A DNA stretch of 64,000 nucleotides from Octopus vulgaris (Eukaryota). Below, one piece after another: positions 1 to 13,890 of this stretch (position 1 is its first letter; each line of letters opens with the position of its first letter). Both the position numbers and the translations under genes were made by a program. The stretch is from NCBI GenBank assembly GCA_951406725.2, contig OX597816.1, positions 136,648,001-136,712,000 on the forward strand, written 5' to 3'. The notes under the pieces were generated by a model. That model made no database searches and had not been told where the DNA came from. It saw only the letters and a list, made by a program, of their open reading frames with translations.

Positions 1-169
1 CTACCAAATCTTGAAAAAAAATAAATGTACTGCAAGTGAAAAAAGGTTGCAGAGCATTGGTCTAACCCTTAGATATACAAGAGGTGTTGTTGAATCACAA
101 GCAAGCTAACAGAGAAAGTAGGGTTCATGTGCCTAGTTTAGTGCTTATTGTACAGGTACAGTAAGCACT

Positions 170-1190
170 AAAAGTGCACATGAAATAGATTCTCTTAAAT
201 ACCTGAAAGGCTCTCTAGAAGTAGTTGCTAACTTTTGTTACTAATCAGCTGTGGAGGTGGCTGCTCCAAAAGCAGAGTCGTTAGAATATGGATAGGATAG
301 AAAAAGTTCAGGAAGCTATTATCTGTGCTGGTAACAAAATGTTTCACTCCCTGAGTGAAGGGCAATTTGTATGGGGGTTGTATACAAACTGTGGTGCTGC
401 TTAGTAATGGAATGTCGGCCTTGATTGCAGTGGATTTGCAAAGACTAATAAAAAATGAAGTGAGTGTGTTCCGCTAGATGTGTAATATTAGTGTACATGA
501 ATTGAAGGTTGATCTCAAAATGCTGAAGCTTATAGAGGAGCTGGCAGAGGACTATAATATGTGGTGCATTGCTGTACTCGAGAAGACCCACCACCACAAC
601 AGAATAGAAATCCTAAAACCAAAGTGTCTCATAAAAAGCATTGGTGTGGGTGCTGGTGCCATGTAAAAAGCACTGGTGCTGATGCCACATAAAAAGCACT
701 GGTGATGGTGCCATGTAAAAAGCACCCAGTACACTCTGCGGAGTGGTTGGCATTAAGAAAGGCATCCAGCTGTAGAAACCAAGCCAAAATGAACTATAAA
801 ATCTGGTGTGGCTCCTGGCTTTGCCAGTTCTTGTCAAACCATCCAACCCATGCCAGCATGGAAAACAGACGTTAAATGTTGATGACAAATGCTGATGATG
901 ATGAATGATGTAGTTATAAATGATCTGAAAGATAAACTGAGTATATAAGGTACTCGATGTAGTGTGCAAGAAAGAAATCCATGAGAGTACAAGCACGTAA
1001 ATGCATATGAAGGATTGTAGGTGTATGAAGAAGGGAAAATCTTTGAAAGTGGATGGATCCTGTTGAAGATGACTAAAAAGATGTAATGCAGTGATGAAGA
1101 CCTGACCTCACAAAAATGACAGTGAATCATGGCAGTTGGTGAAACTCAGTGCTGGAGAAGACCCTCCCACTCTTGCAAGCATGGCATAGC
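170..1190 (+). mobile_element. Degenerate RTE-clade LINE 3' fragments with (GAT)n-tailed 3' UTR
   Basis: Broken translation LYGGCIQTVVL...LQRLIKNEVSVFR*MCNISVHE and ...DLKMLKL...WCIAVLEKT, typical of RTE ORF2 C-termini, followed by the repeat ending gttaaatg(atg)n. Confidence 0.7.
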
Positions 1191-2361
1191 AAATAATAAT
1201 GGTAATGATGGAGATTGTGTGTTATGTGTATCTACTTTTAAGCATAATGCCCAGTAAAGACTGTTAAGCTTCCTGTTGCTCTATCACAGCTACTCATCTC
1301 TCTATCACTAAATCTCTCTACTATGATTTTGTTTCCCTCATCATACTTTCTGATACCCTCTTATCTCTCAATCACCAATCATAAGTGAGTGGTGGTGGTG
1401 GTGGTGGTAGTGGTGGTGGTGGTGGTGGTGGTGGTGGCAGCAGTGGCAGCAGTGGCAAAGAAGAAGATCTCGTTTTATTGCCATGATATTGATTGTTTCT
1501 TTTGTTTGTTCTTTCATGAGTAGAATACATTGGGCATGTTTCTCTACAACTAAATATATGTATACATGTCTGCTCATAATCACAAGCTAATGTGGTGGTG
1601 GTGGTGGTGGCGGTGGCGGCGGCATCACTCAGTCTGATGAAATAGCAAAATGTCATTCAAACCACATCCTACCATCCTAAAAAAAAAAATTATACTTTCT
1701 GAGAAATGAAGAAGAAACGATATCGTTTGACTATTAGTCTGCTTGACTAGAGCTGATTTAGATCTAGATAATGTTTTCTGCCTTAGGTACAAAGCGTAGA
1801 AACTTGAGAGGAGAGGTAGTTAACAATATTGTCCCCTGTATTTGTTTGACCCTGAAAGTATGAAAGGCAAAATTGACCATGGTGAGTTTTGAACTCAGAC
1901 CATAAAGAGCCGGGAGAAATAAAATAAAGCAATTTGTCGAACACTCTACTGTTTCTGCCAATCCACCAGCTTGACAAGGCTAAATAATGGTCTCAAATTT
2001 TGGCACAAGGCCAGCAGTTTTGGGGGAGGGGTTAAGTCAATTACATTAAGCCTAGCACTCAACTAGTATTTATTTTATCAACCCCAAAAGGATGAAAGAC
2101 AAAGTCAACTTCAGCAGAATTTGAACTCAGAACATAAAGACAGACAAAATGCTGCTAACCATTTGCCCTGCCTGCTTAACAATTCTGGCAGCTCACTACC
2201 TTAAATGAAAGCTAGATGATAACAAATCAACAACACATTGTTGAATTGTTGAGGACTAAATATTTGATAAAGAACTATTGTTTATTAAAATCTTGACAGA
2301 AATTATTGCAATTGTTGTTCCATTCTAGATGTCTTCTTTCTTTTTCTTTTTTTCTATCCAG

Positions 2362-2522
2362 AACTTTGCGGCATTGTCAGAGTACGATTTCTAACTTTCC
2401 TTTGCGGGATGATCCTGATCGACCGAGTGAAAGTTCATTGGATAAGGAGTCCAATGGCTGGATTATCTTCAGTTGCATGCTGGCCATTTTACGTGTTCTG
2501 CTCAACTTAACACACGAAAATG
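2362..2522 (+). CDS. WAPL: WAPL internal coding exon (first seen in window; upstream exons lie outside)
   Basis: Pyrimidine tract + ccAG acceptor (2360-2361), G|gtaagt donor at 2523. Encodes ..TLRHCQSTISNFPLR...FSCMLAILRVLLNLTHEN, matching the recalled WAPL-domain motif CMRAIIGVLLNLTNDN. Confidence 0.93.
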
Positions 2523-3929
2523 GTAAGTTGAATGTTTAGATATTCTCACCAAACACTTGGCTTTTGGCTTTGTTCTTTACTCAACCATTGTTTCTTGCAA
2601 AATCTGACATTTCTACCTGCATAACCAGATCATTGACTTTGCCATGTTGTGACAGTAGTGGACAATGGAACAGAATACTAGTCTTCTGTTCTACACTTAT
2701 GACTTAACTATTTCACATTCAGATTACTTTGCCAGTGGTTGGTGTTAGGAAGGGATTCCAGCCATAAAAACCATGCCAAAATAGACACAGTAGTCTAAGG
2801 TAGTTTTTCTACCTGGCCAGCTCCTGTCAACCATCCTAGCAATGCATGCATAGATGAACATTAAACGATGATGATGATGATGATTCACACTGTTTTGAAT
2901 TACTCATGATGGTGACAGACACGGCAAGCTAAGTGAAATCATGGTTGTGGCTAGTGCCAATGGCACATAAAAAATATCCACGCCAATGACATGTGAGAGG
3001 CATTCATGCTGGTGACACATTCAGGGATACCCATGCCAATGACACATGAGAGGCACCTTGCTGATGACACATTCAGGGGCACTCATGCCAGCGACATGTG
3101 AGAGGCACCCATGCTGGTGACATGTTCAAGGGCACCCATGCCAGTGGCATGTAAAAGAGCAACTGTGCCTGTGATACATAAAAGACACCCAGTACACTCT
3201 GTGAAGTGGTTGGCATTAGGAAGGGCATTCAGCTGTAGAAGCCATGGCCAAAACAGACTGGAGCCTGGTGCAGCTTTCCGGCTTACCAACTCCAGTCAAA
3301 CTGTCTAACCCATGCCAGCATGGAAAACGGATGTGAAAGGATTCAATGATGTGATTGTTTATTTTTAGGATAACATTGTAAGGTAAATGTGTAAAAGGCT
3401 GGATATGGCCAGTTTAAATGATAAAGGGTTAAAGAGTGAGCATCAGCCCCACTATGTATGCTATGCACGCATGCACATACACTTCACCTGAGTCAACTAT
3501 AAAGTAAAAGAAGAATTGAGGTGCTTCCACTAACTCGATCATGTCTGGAAGTAATTCTTAATAATGTTGCTCTACTGTTGAATGAGGCTAGATTCCTGGC
3601 ATCTCTTGTTGGGGGAATTGCTAACGTTAGTTAAATGGTGTCGTGCTGCAGTTAGTTATGAAGACAGGGATATCAGCCTCAATACAACAGCCATTCATTG
3701 TTCAATATCAGATTGTTTCCAATTTTGTTGCTGCTATTACATCTTCATCAGTTTCTAACTTTTTACACTTTTACCTTTCTACCTCCCTCCCCTTCTCTTC
3801 CTCTTTATCTTTCATACTCTTTCTTTCTTTCCCACTCTCAATATTACTGTTATTATTCTGGTCGTGTGCCAAAATTTGAAGCTAATATTATTGTTGTTAC
3901 TTTAAAACTGTTCTTTCTTCCCAATTTAG

Positions 3930-4045
3930 ATTATGGCTGCACTAAAATTGGTTCCCAGAGAGGTCTTATTCAAACAGTTTTTGACTGTATTCTTCAAGTA
4001 CCTCAGTACACCTTGATGTGCAAACAGTTTGACTTATTAGTTTTG
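3930..4045 (+). CDS. WAPL: WAPL coding exon
   Basis: tttAG acceptor and gtaagt donor; phase 1 joins the previous exon. Encodes DYGCTKIGSQRGLIQTVFDCILQVPQYTLMCKQFDLLVL (cf. vertebrate [27 protein letters not shown]...FDIRVL, from memory). Confidence 0.93.
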
Positions 4046-6009
4046 GTAAGTTTGGCAATTTTTATCTTTTTTTTTTTTATTATTATTATTATTGTTGTTG
4101 TTGTTGTTGTTAATTTGCTGGCCTTGTGCCCATAGTAGAAATGATTATTGTTAATTTACAAGATTTGTTTGGTGACATAAGACTTTTGGAAAACTGGAGA
4201 TGGAGGTGGAGTGGGGTGTTAGAATTATTGCCTCCTTTGTCTGAACAGTTCTTTTCTTAAATCAGATGGTGGTGGTGAGGGAGGGATTTAGTGGAATGCA
4301 TCTTACAAGGTGAAGTTTACAGTGTTTTGGGAACACATGGTAGGGAAAGAATTGTATATAGTATTTGAAGAGGTGGGACTGAGTGACAGGAAATGTGTGA
4401 AATGTGATGTGAGAGGCATGTGCAGTGTGTAGGTCCAAGCAGAGATCGGGTGTAACCAGAATGTTCTAAAGGGCCTATTATTTTAGCTTGTGCAAAAGAC
4501 AGGAGCATGCTATAATCTGATGATTTACATCTAAATCCAACTGGAGTCTGATACAGCCCCTTAACTTACCAGCCCTGGTCAAACCACCCAACCCATACAA
4601 ACATGGATAACATACATTAAATGATGATGAGGAGGATGAGGCACATGTGTGACTGTGTGATAAGAAGTTTACTTCCCAACCACATGGTTCCAGGTCCAGT
4701 TCCACTGCATGGCATCTTGGGCAAGTATTTTATATATAGCTCCTGGCCAACCAGTCCTTAGATTTGGTACATGGAAACTGAAAGAAACCCTTCACACATG
4801 TGTGTGTTTGTTACTGTTGTGCAAGCAGTGATAACCTTCATTACCAAATATTAAAAAACGCAAACCTGGTAATGGGGAAATATTACTGTGATTTGATACA
4901 GATGTGGGTTGCCAAAAGGACATTCAACTGTGGAAAAATTCAGCCTGGCCCATGTGAACATGTGAGAGCGGCATTAAAAACCATGATGATGGTGGTGGTA
5001 GTGGTGGTGGTGGCAGCGGCGGCGGCAGAAGAGGTGACTCTTCCAAATTATTGGAGCAAACATTTATTTGACCTTCTAGAGTAGGGATAAGTTTTACTTC
5101 CTATTGACTGAATTACTAAAAAATATCTATAAAACATCATAATTTATGCTGCTGTATCTTCCTTCGTATCTGTCGACTCATAGTTTACTATGTCAAAATG
5201 GACAGTGCTTAGAAAACAAACTGCAATAGTAATGGGAGTTGGGTTGTGATAATCAAGGTGTAAATGTTTTTGCTCTCATTAAAAGTGTTTGCAATAAAAA
5301 TGAAATAATTGAAAGCAGTGAGCTGGCAAAATCATTAGCACACCAGGCAAAATGTTTAAGGACATTTTGTTCATTCTTATGTTCTGAGTTCAAAATTCCA
5401 CCGATGTCAACTTTGCCTTTCTTCCTTTCAAGGTTGATAAAATAGGTACCAGTTGAGCGCTGGGGTTTATCTAATCAACTTAACTCCTCCTTTGAAAGTG
5501 CTGATCTTGTGCCAAAATTTGAAATCAATATAAAGGAAATGGCTTCAACTAGGAATTCAATTGAGATTGATGACTCAACTCATTGGAATAATGATACTAA
5601 TAATGGTTTCAAATTTTGGCACAAGGCCAGCAGTTTTTGAGGGGAGGGAGAAGTCAATTACATCAACCCCAGTACTCAGCTAGTACTTTATCAACTCTAA
5701 AGGATGAAAAGCAAAGTCCACTTCAGTGGCATTTGGACTCAAAGTGTAAAGCTGGAAGAAATGCTGCCAAGCATTTTGTGCAACTTTCAAACCATTCTGC
5801 CTGCTGGCTGCCTTGATAATAATAATAATGATGATTCTTTGGGGTTTGAATAAGTTACCCTTGAAAATTACGCTTGGATGGTGCTTTTAAAATTCCATTA
5901 GCAGTGCGTGTGTTTGTGTGCCTGTGTATTATAAATGTATACAGAGATCTGTAATATCAACAGTCATGTTACCACATGCAACTCATTGCATCTATCTTCA
6001 CTGTTTCAG

Positions 6010-6144
6010 AGTCTTGGTTTGTTGATCAATCTTGTGGAACATTGCGTGGTCAATCGGCGTCTTCTAATTACCATGGAAACACTTCGACCTCCAGAGTGTT
6101 CGATTCCATCAGAGAAACTTGGTGCTGTTGAAGCTTTGGTTGAT
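6010..6144 (+). CDS. WAPL: WAPL coding exon
   Basis: tttcAG / gtaagt, 45 codons: SLGLLINLVEHCVVNRRLLITMETLRPPECSIPSEKLGAVEALVD. LGLLINLVE is a hallmark WAPL motif. Confidence 0.95.
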
Positions 6145-6356
6145 GTAAGTTAAGCTTTGAGATTTTGTATATGTGGGGCTGGGGACATAAAAGTGCATGC
6201 ATTTTATCATGCTTTTGCAAGTTAAAGTGTTGTTTGTTACATGGATTTACAATTTTGCAATGAGCCAATCACTGGTTTACTTCATTTCTGATGCTGAAAA
6301 TGACATGGAAACGTCTCTGTAACCTAGGCAGAATAAATATGTTTATCTCCAAAATA

Positions 6357-6379
6357 CACACTCACACATGCACGCACGC

Positions 6380-6430
<51 letters not shown>

Positions 6431-6588
6431 CACTCTCACTCACTCACTCACTCACTCACTCCTCACTCGCTCGCTCACTCACTCACTCACTCCTCACTCA
6501 CTCCTCACTCACTCACTCACTCACTCACTCACTCACTCACTCACTCACTCACTCCTCACTCACTCACTCCTCACTCACTCACTCACTC
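6357..6588. repeat. Compound (CA)n-(CACT)n microsatellite
   Basis: Directly visible. Confidence 0.95.
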
Positions 6589-8271
6589 ATGAAGCATTAG
6601 GAAAGGCATCCACCCATAGAAACCATACTAAAAAAAAGCATTGGGGCTTGGTACAGACTCCTGGCTTGCTAGCTCCAGTCAAACCATCCAACCCATGCCA
6701 CCATGGAGAAGAAACATTAGATAGATAGACTAGAAACACAGAAAATGTGATTGGTATTTTTAATTTTTACTAATTATTTCTTTTCATTTGCTTTTACTTT
6801 ATAATGTGGATTAAATATCACCTGCCAGTTTGTCCTGGAATATGATGATTGTGTTTCAAACTCTGCCTTAACATTTTACTTTTGATTACTCTGTCAAATG
6901 TAATACTTATTCATTCATTTTTTTTTTTAATTAATCATGCCTTGTCTTGTAGCTTTGAGATGTGTTTGTTTATTTTTAGAATGGCATTGTAGGATAGGTG
7001 TGAGAGGCCAGATCTGATCAGTTTGAACATAAAACTGGTAGAATATTTTGGACCAGATATGACTAGTTTAAATGCTGAAGGGTCAACATATCAATAAAAC
7101 CCCAACAAGGGAACTTTTACTTGTTTGCTTGACCTGCTAGAAATAGCAACCAACTCACCATCAAAGTACAGCCTACTGTCTTAAAAAAATAGAAAGGACA
7201 CATTAGATAATGTAGTCATATAATTTCTGAAATGACAAGCAGGAGCACCTTTGATTACAAGATCTAATCAATCAATAGTTGACTTGGAGTTGTACAACAA
7301 TAAACAAGCATCATCATTATCATCATCATCAGTATCATTTCATGTCCATTTTCTATGCTGGCTTGGATTGGATAGTTTGACAGGAGCTGGCTAAGCAGAA
7401 ATCTGCGCCAAGCTTCTCTGTCTGTTTTGGCATGGTTTTTACAGCTGGATGCCCTTCTAAATGCCAACCACTTTACAGTATGGAGTGGATGCTCTTTTAC
7501 ATGGCACCAGCACTGGTGGGAGGTCATCAAGTACCTCACAAGACCAGGCTTCTTTGATAGGTGGAGCATTGGAGGAGGTGGCCTTGTGCCAGGTGATGAA
7601 AGGTTAGACTGTGGCAAAGGGACAGGAACAGGTGTCTTGCTGTAGAGGAGATAGACGGTTAACCAGTCAGAGGGAGAGTGATCAAGAACGATAGCAAAAA
7701 TTTTTTTTAAAGAAAAGTATAGTTTTTTTTTTTTTACCTTCTACTCATCCCAGACTCTTCAAATTCTTGATTGTTCTAGCATTCAGATTATTCTGTCAAA
7801 TGTAATGTTTATTTATTCACATCGTTTTGAATTAATCATACATTACTTCATTAGCTTCGAGATTTCGATAATATAACTGTTTATTTCTAGAATGACATTG
7901 TAGGATAGGTGTAAGAGGCTGGATATGGTTAAGTTTAAAAGAAAGCAGCTAGAATATTGATACAGCTAGTTTAAATGCTGAGTGTTTAAAGATTATTTAA
8001 AATGTAAGCATCATTGCAGGAGTCTTAAGATTTGTATTATTTAACAGCTTTCTATTGGTGTTATTAAAAAATATTGAGAATATAGCAATGCATGTGTATA
8101 GCACCAAGAATATTGATTATTGTTACTTTCAACAATGTTTGCTATATTTTATTGAAACGTTCAAACAGCTTATACTTTACTTAAATACTAAGTAATCACT
8201 AGTTTTACACTAATGGAATTTATTCATTAATTTGTTTATAAATGTAATTTTTATTTTTTGCATGATATATA

Positions 8272-8508
8272 TATTGCATGGCCAAAATTTTGGAACATTT
8301 TTTTTTTTAAAATTAAAATTGTTATGCCTAAGTACAATTCGATTTGAATATATACAATATAGAGATTTACTTACCTAATAATTTTTATAGATACCACCAT
8401 ATTACTGCAATTAGTAATAATATATTGCAAATTATCTATAACTTAGGGCATTTAATATAAAAATTCTAATTTTCAGGCTTATGTTCCAAACTTTTGGTAA
8501 CGACTCTA
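8272..8508. mobile_element. Tc1-like MITE
   Basis: Imperfect TIRs: ..tggccaaaattttggaaca / tgttccaaacttttggtaacgactcta, in a TA context. Confidence 0.6.
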
Positions 8509-9044
8509 TACCATATATATGCGTTTATGTGTGCATGTGTAGACGCAGGCATTATCGTTTGATAAGAGGAAGTTTGCTTCCCAACCATATGATTCTGAGT
8601 TTAGTCCCACTGCATGGTGCCTTGGACAAGTGTTTTTTACTATATCCCTAGGCCAACTCAGGAGTGGATTTGGTTGATGAAAACTGAAGGGAGCCAGTCA
8701 TGTGTATGTGTATGTTTGTCTCCTTGTCTTGACATTGCATCATGGAAAGTGTGTCACATTCATTTTCAATATTCTGCAAGAACTTTAGGATGCACCATCC
8801 AACCCATGCAAGCATGGAAAAGTGGACATTAAAATGATGGTGATGATGATGACGACGACGACTCTGTGTGTGAGTGAGTGTATGTGTGTGTATGTCTGTG
8901 TTTTTGTATCTATTACACATCTGAGCATGCTGCTGATCTCTGTTGATTAAGATAGTCATTGTTTAGCTGTGGGTCAGCCCTGATCCAGCAGATCTAAGAC
9001 CTACATTAATCAGAGCTGACCATGTTGACTTGGAGGGATCATTG

Positions 9045-9423
9045 TCAATCTAGGCCTGGATCTCACCAAGAAATTTAGGAGTTCTTTTCTTATCAGAACA
9101 ATCAGAGTGAGTTCTCCAAGTTGCCATACCTTCATAATTACCATTAGACTCAACCAACTCTTTCTGAATCCTCTGCACTGTCCTCAGATTTACACCCAAG
9201 CACTCTGAAATGTTTGTATTGGAGCTTCTTGGTGCACATGCCAAACAGTACAGCGTGTCATTTCCAAATTTCTGGCAGAGTAATTGCATCATAGTACTGT
9301 TTTTCTTACAGATGGTGTCCAACTGACCCTATTATACTGTGTAATTGACAAAATCAAAAACAAACAATGTACATGCATGAAATAAAAAATATAAAATGGC
9401 AACAATTTACCCATTGCACCCTG
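9045..9423 (-). mobile_element. Tc1/mariner (maT/rosa-like) 5' end with transposase N-terminal fragment
   Basis: Minus strand starts CAGGGTG.. (TIR end). ORF fragment ..SNTNISECLGVNLRTVQRIQKELVESNGNYEG..RTPKF is an HTH-type transposase N-terminus. Confidence 0.7.
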
Positions 9424-10416
9424 TGTATGTGTGTATATAAAATATATATATACACACAACAGGCTTCTTTCAGTTTCCCTCTACCAAATCCACTCACAAG
9501 ACTTTAGTTGGCCTAGAGCTATAGTAGAAAACACTTATCCACGGTGCCACACAATGGAACTGATCCCAGAACAATGTGGTTGGGAAGCAAACTTCTTACC
9601 ACACAGCCATACCTATCTGTCCTTTTAAGATTTTAGAACATGATTTCAGGATGGTTTGGCTACTATTTCTAGCAAGTTGTGAGATCCTGCAGATGCACCG
9701 TTATTGTTGTTATGCTTGATGCTTGAAATATATAAACAACCACTGAAGTACTGGCTCACAAGAATTTGTGTCCTTCACAACCTTCATTATTAGCTTGTTT
9801 TGTTCTAGTTTTGTTTTCTTTTTAATCCATTTTAATGTCATTAACTGACCTTTCAACCTTACTAGCCTCTGCTTAGATAATCTAAATATTAGCAGTAAAT
9901 TTTGTTGTCTAGCTTCAAAATTTATCTTATGATTATTATTATTATTATTACTATTAAAGTATGCTGTTAGGCAGTGAGCATGCAAAATCATTTACATGCC
10001 AGACATAATACTTAGCAATATTTCTTCTGGCTTTACATTCTGAGTTCAAATTTTTTCTAGATTGACTTTGCCTTACATTCTTTCAGAGTCAGTGAAATAA
10101 GTACCAGCTGAGCACTGGGATCGATGTAATCAACTAAGCCCCTCCCCCAAAATTTCAGGCCTTGTGGCCTATAGTAGAAAGGATTATTAATTAAAGTACA
10201 TTTTATAGTTTCAGCATACTCATGCTACCATGCATAGATTACTATTCTGTTGACTACAAGTTTGCCTTTTGTGTTACTGTATTTCTAATTAATATCTATA
10301 ATATATTATTGTATTATCTATCTTATATAAGCTACATTGGTTTAGCCAACATGGTGGAAGCCTCTTTGTGGTCATCAGCTAGAAATAGTCAGTTCTCACA
10401 AAAAGCACTCTAACAT

Positions 10417-10629
10417 CTTAACTCGTTAAGCATTTAATCTGGCCATATTCAGTCCTAAAAGTCTACCTGGTTTATGTTAAAACTGACCAGATCCAACTTC
10501 TCACACCTACCCTACAATGTCATTCTAAAAATATACAAACATGCCATTGATATCTTGAAGCTACAAGATAATGCATTGAATAAATAATTAATACATTTGA
10601 CAAAGAAATCTGAATGCTCAAGAGTTAAA
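10417..10629. mobile_element. piggyBac-like (TTAA-bounded) MITE; related copies near 3340-3432, 6866-7085, 7777-7988, 13430-13980
   Basis: Repeated ~210-bp unit bounded by ttaa(c)...(g)ttaa with short TIRs (agcatt/aatgct), present in both orientations. Confidence 0.6.
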
Positions 10630-12061
10630 CCAACCATCTCTGGCTTTTGTATTCTACCTGTCTTATGTTCAAACTGGTCAGATAAAATGTCTTACACCTA
10701 TGTTACAGTGTCATTCAAAAACTTAAAAATAAGCAGTTACATCATCAAGAACTCAAAGTTACAAGATAATGGCATGGTTAATTCAAAACAAAGCATTACA
10801 TTTGAAAGAATAATCTGGATACTAAAAGGTTACACAAAAAAAAAAAAAGAAGAGGATGATCAAAGCTGAAATGCTTTTGAATTTTAAGTTTACTTAATTA
10901 GTCTGAACAATAACAGCTACCTTGATCTATCACCAGTTTATCGTATTATTCTCTGAAAATAATTTTTTTAGGGTGGTGGGATGGAAGGATGACCTTAGCT
11001 GTTTGTTTGTTCGTTTTTTTTTTGGGGGGGGGGCGGTTATCGTATATATTTGAGTGGTGTTTAAGTGTTTATTTGAGTTTGAGTTCAGCCTGAAACTATG
11101 CAAGCTGGTTTTCGATTGAGTGGATTGGACAAGCATGAACCTTTAGTAGGAATGGAGTTCTAGAGAAAATTCGTAATTAGCTGAGGGTGACTGGCAAGTG
11201 GGATAATATACCGGAGCATTCATTTTGTTGGTTTAGGTAGAAGAAGAGAATTGGTATTGAAGCAACAGTTTGAGGGTTATAGAACATACGAGAGTCATAA
11301 ACTCATATATTTGTTTGTCAGAACACAGCATACAAATAGGTTGTGTGAAACATATATTATAAGGTAGTTCTGACAAGACATCTGTGACTGACAAATTCAC
11401 GCAAGACAAACTACTGAGTTAGGTTGTCATGGTAGTTTATATTTAGGCCATCATTATTAAATTATGGTTTATGGTTTACTTTGTTTAGCTTATTTTCCCA
11501 TTCTTTTATTGCATTAATGGTGAAATAACATAGTAGACAGGCTAGATCACCTGCAAATATTTTATTGTGTCTCCGAGTAGGACATTTTATTCTACCTGCC
11601 TATATTCACATAGTTGTTGCTGTTGTTGTTGTTTAACCTCCAAGTCTTTCATGATAGAGCAGAGCTGTGATCAAAGGCATTCCAGCTGTGACCATTCTGT
11701 CATTTTGTAAAACTGGAGCTTCATTTTCTGAGGTAATTTTCATTTCTAAGATAGCAGGCTGTGATTTAAGGGGTATATTTGGCTTCTATTTCTAGCAAGT
11801 TAATTTACTGAACAGTTGCTACATTGTTCTTCACTTCATTGTGAAGGGCAATATTTACCAATAATAGACTAACTGGCTTTCTCCAGGAAAGAATTATTTC
11901 TCATTTACTGAATACAAAGAGAATCCATAAACAAACAAAGTAGTTTCTGTGTGATCACAGACTTGCTAGAAATGGTAGTACAATTTCCATTAAAATCTAC
12001 ACCACCGTTTAAAAAACGGGAAGGATATAGTAGACAATGTTGTCTCTGATATATAAAATGA

Positions 12062-12746
12062 CTAGCATTAAAGACCCGTCGTTGCCGGGTCATAGTGCTA
12101 GTGCATGTACATATGTGTACATATTACATGTACATCTATATATATACATCTACACATAAAATGCAAAATACAAAGTTATATCTTGATATCGCTAGTGATA
12201 ACAATACTCAAAATATATAACAGACTGGAATTGTTAGCTCTTCTTTTTTCTCTACATTGTATACTTTATAGACAATAGTCTTTCTTTAATTTAATTTTTT
12301 ATTATCCATCTGGACTATTCCATTTCTGCACGCTAATTTTATTTTTAATTTATTCCCATTCATGTGAAACCACTTATTCAAGTTCAAATCATTGATGCAA
12401 TTTTATACCAATTGCTATTTTTACTTTTGTTATGTTACGATTATATTATACTTTAGTTTGATTTTAATTATTACTTACTACATATTGATTGATTGATTCT
12501 AGTTTCAGCTCATGAGCTGTGGCCATGTTATTATTGTTATTATTGTTAAAGTGAAAGCATCTGACATAAAATAGAGAAATATTTTTGTTTCACTTTTAAC
12601 ACGTAATACTGAAATAGTGGAGAAGATATGATATTGCTATGGGCTCGCTCTAGGCAAGGAGTTGAACTTTTGGTTGTGTAGTTCTCAAGTTTTAGGGAAA
12701 CACACAGACAGACAGACACACATTCTCAGTTTTATATATATAAAGA
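12062..12746 (-). mobile_element. Non-autonomous Helitron
   Basis: Minus strand reads A|TCTTTATATATATAAAA...GTGTGTCTGTCTG at the 5' end and GACCCG-gcaacga-CGGGTC hairpin + CTAG|T at the 3' end; inserted at an AT dinucleotide with no TSD. Confidence 0.85.
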
Positions 12747-13512
12747 TAATACTGGTCACAGCTGGACTTGTTTTTGATCCAATGTTTTGCTCAATCAGGA
12801 TTGACTTGGGGCTAAACAGCAAAAAATAACTACAGCAAGTACAATTATACACTCTGTGAAAGGATTAGCTATAATAATTTTTAGAAATACATTATAATAA
12901 TTGTGAGACTGTTACAGTCATATTCTTAGCAGCTGTTGCATAAGCATTGTTGTCTACATCCTATAATGGGCCATCTGCTTGATTAACTAATTTTCACAAA
13001 CCAGCAAGGGAAGGAGCCTGCCTCTACAGGGTCAATGATCTGCTAGAAAATTTCCTTTAAATCCCACCTTTGTAAAGGAGATATTGAATAATGTAATCCT
13101 TTCTACATACCCCTAAAAAGACAAAATAATTTATGGCTGGAATGAATAATGCTTTTGATAATGGGTCTATTAAATCAAAATCGACCTGAGACTAAGTTTC
13201 AAATATATAACAACCTACTGACCCTCGTATTACTACTACCATACTTCCTGCTCAACTCTGTTGAGCCACTCTGATGTATCTACTTTTGCTCCTTTTTATA
13301 TTTTCTTACTGAACCTCTTTGCCCATCTATGTTTCAATTGATTTTGAAAATTGAGAATTTCATAAAGAAGACTTTATCATTATGAACTGATATTTGGAAT
13401 ATAAATTAACATGAAATTTTAATGAAGCCTTTGGCCATATCGTACCCAAATATTCTACTATTTTATGTTCAAACCAGCCATATCTGGCCTCTCACACCAA
13501 CCCAACAATGTC

Positions 13513-13890
13513 GAGTGGCTGTGTGGTAAGTAGCTTGCTTACCAGCCACATGGTTCCGGGTTCAGTCCCACTGTGTGTTACCTTGGGCAAGTGTCTTCTA
13601 CCATAGCCTCAGGCCGACCAAAGCCTTGTGAGTGGACTTGGTAGACGGAAACTGAAAGAAGCCCGTCGTATATATGTGTGTGTCTGTGTTTGTCCCCACA
13701 ACATCACTTGACAACTGATGCTGGTGTGTTTATGTCCCCGTAACTTAGCAGTTCAGCAAAAGAAACCAATAGAATAAGTACTAGGCTTGCAAAGAATAAG
13801 TCCTGGGGTCAATTTGCTCGACTAAAGGTAGTGCTCCAGCATGGCTGCAGTCAAATGACTGAAACAAGTAAAAGAGTAAAATGAGAGAGT
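13513..13890 (+). mobile_element. tRNA-derived CORE-type SINE (most abundant family)
   Basis: A/B-box-like head (tggctgtgtggtaag / ggttcagtccc), ccttgggcaagt core, central (TG)/(TA) microsatellite, tail ccagcatggctgcagtcaaatgactgaaacaag. Dozens of copies occur in the window. Confidence 0.85.

Noticed and set aside
13513-13580. tRNA genes
   Set aside because: The A/B-box-like heads belong to SINEs; no complete cloverleaf was found.
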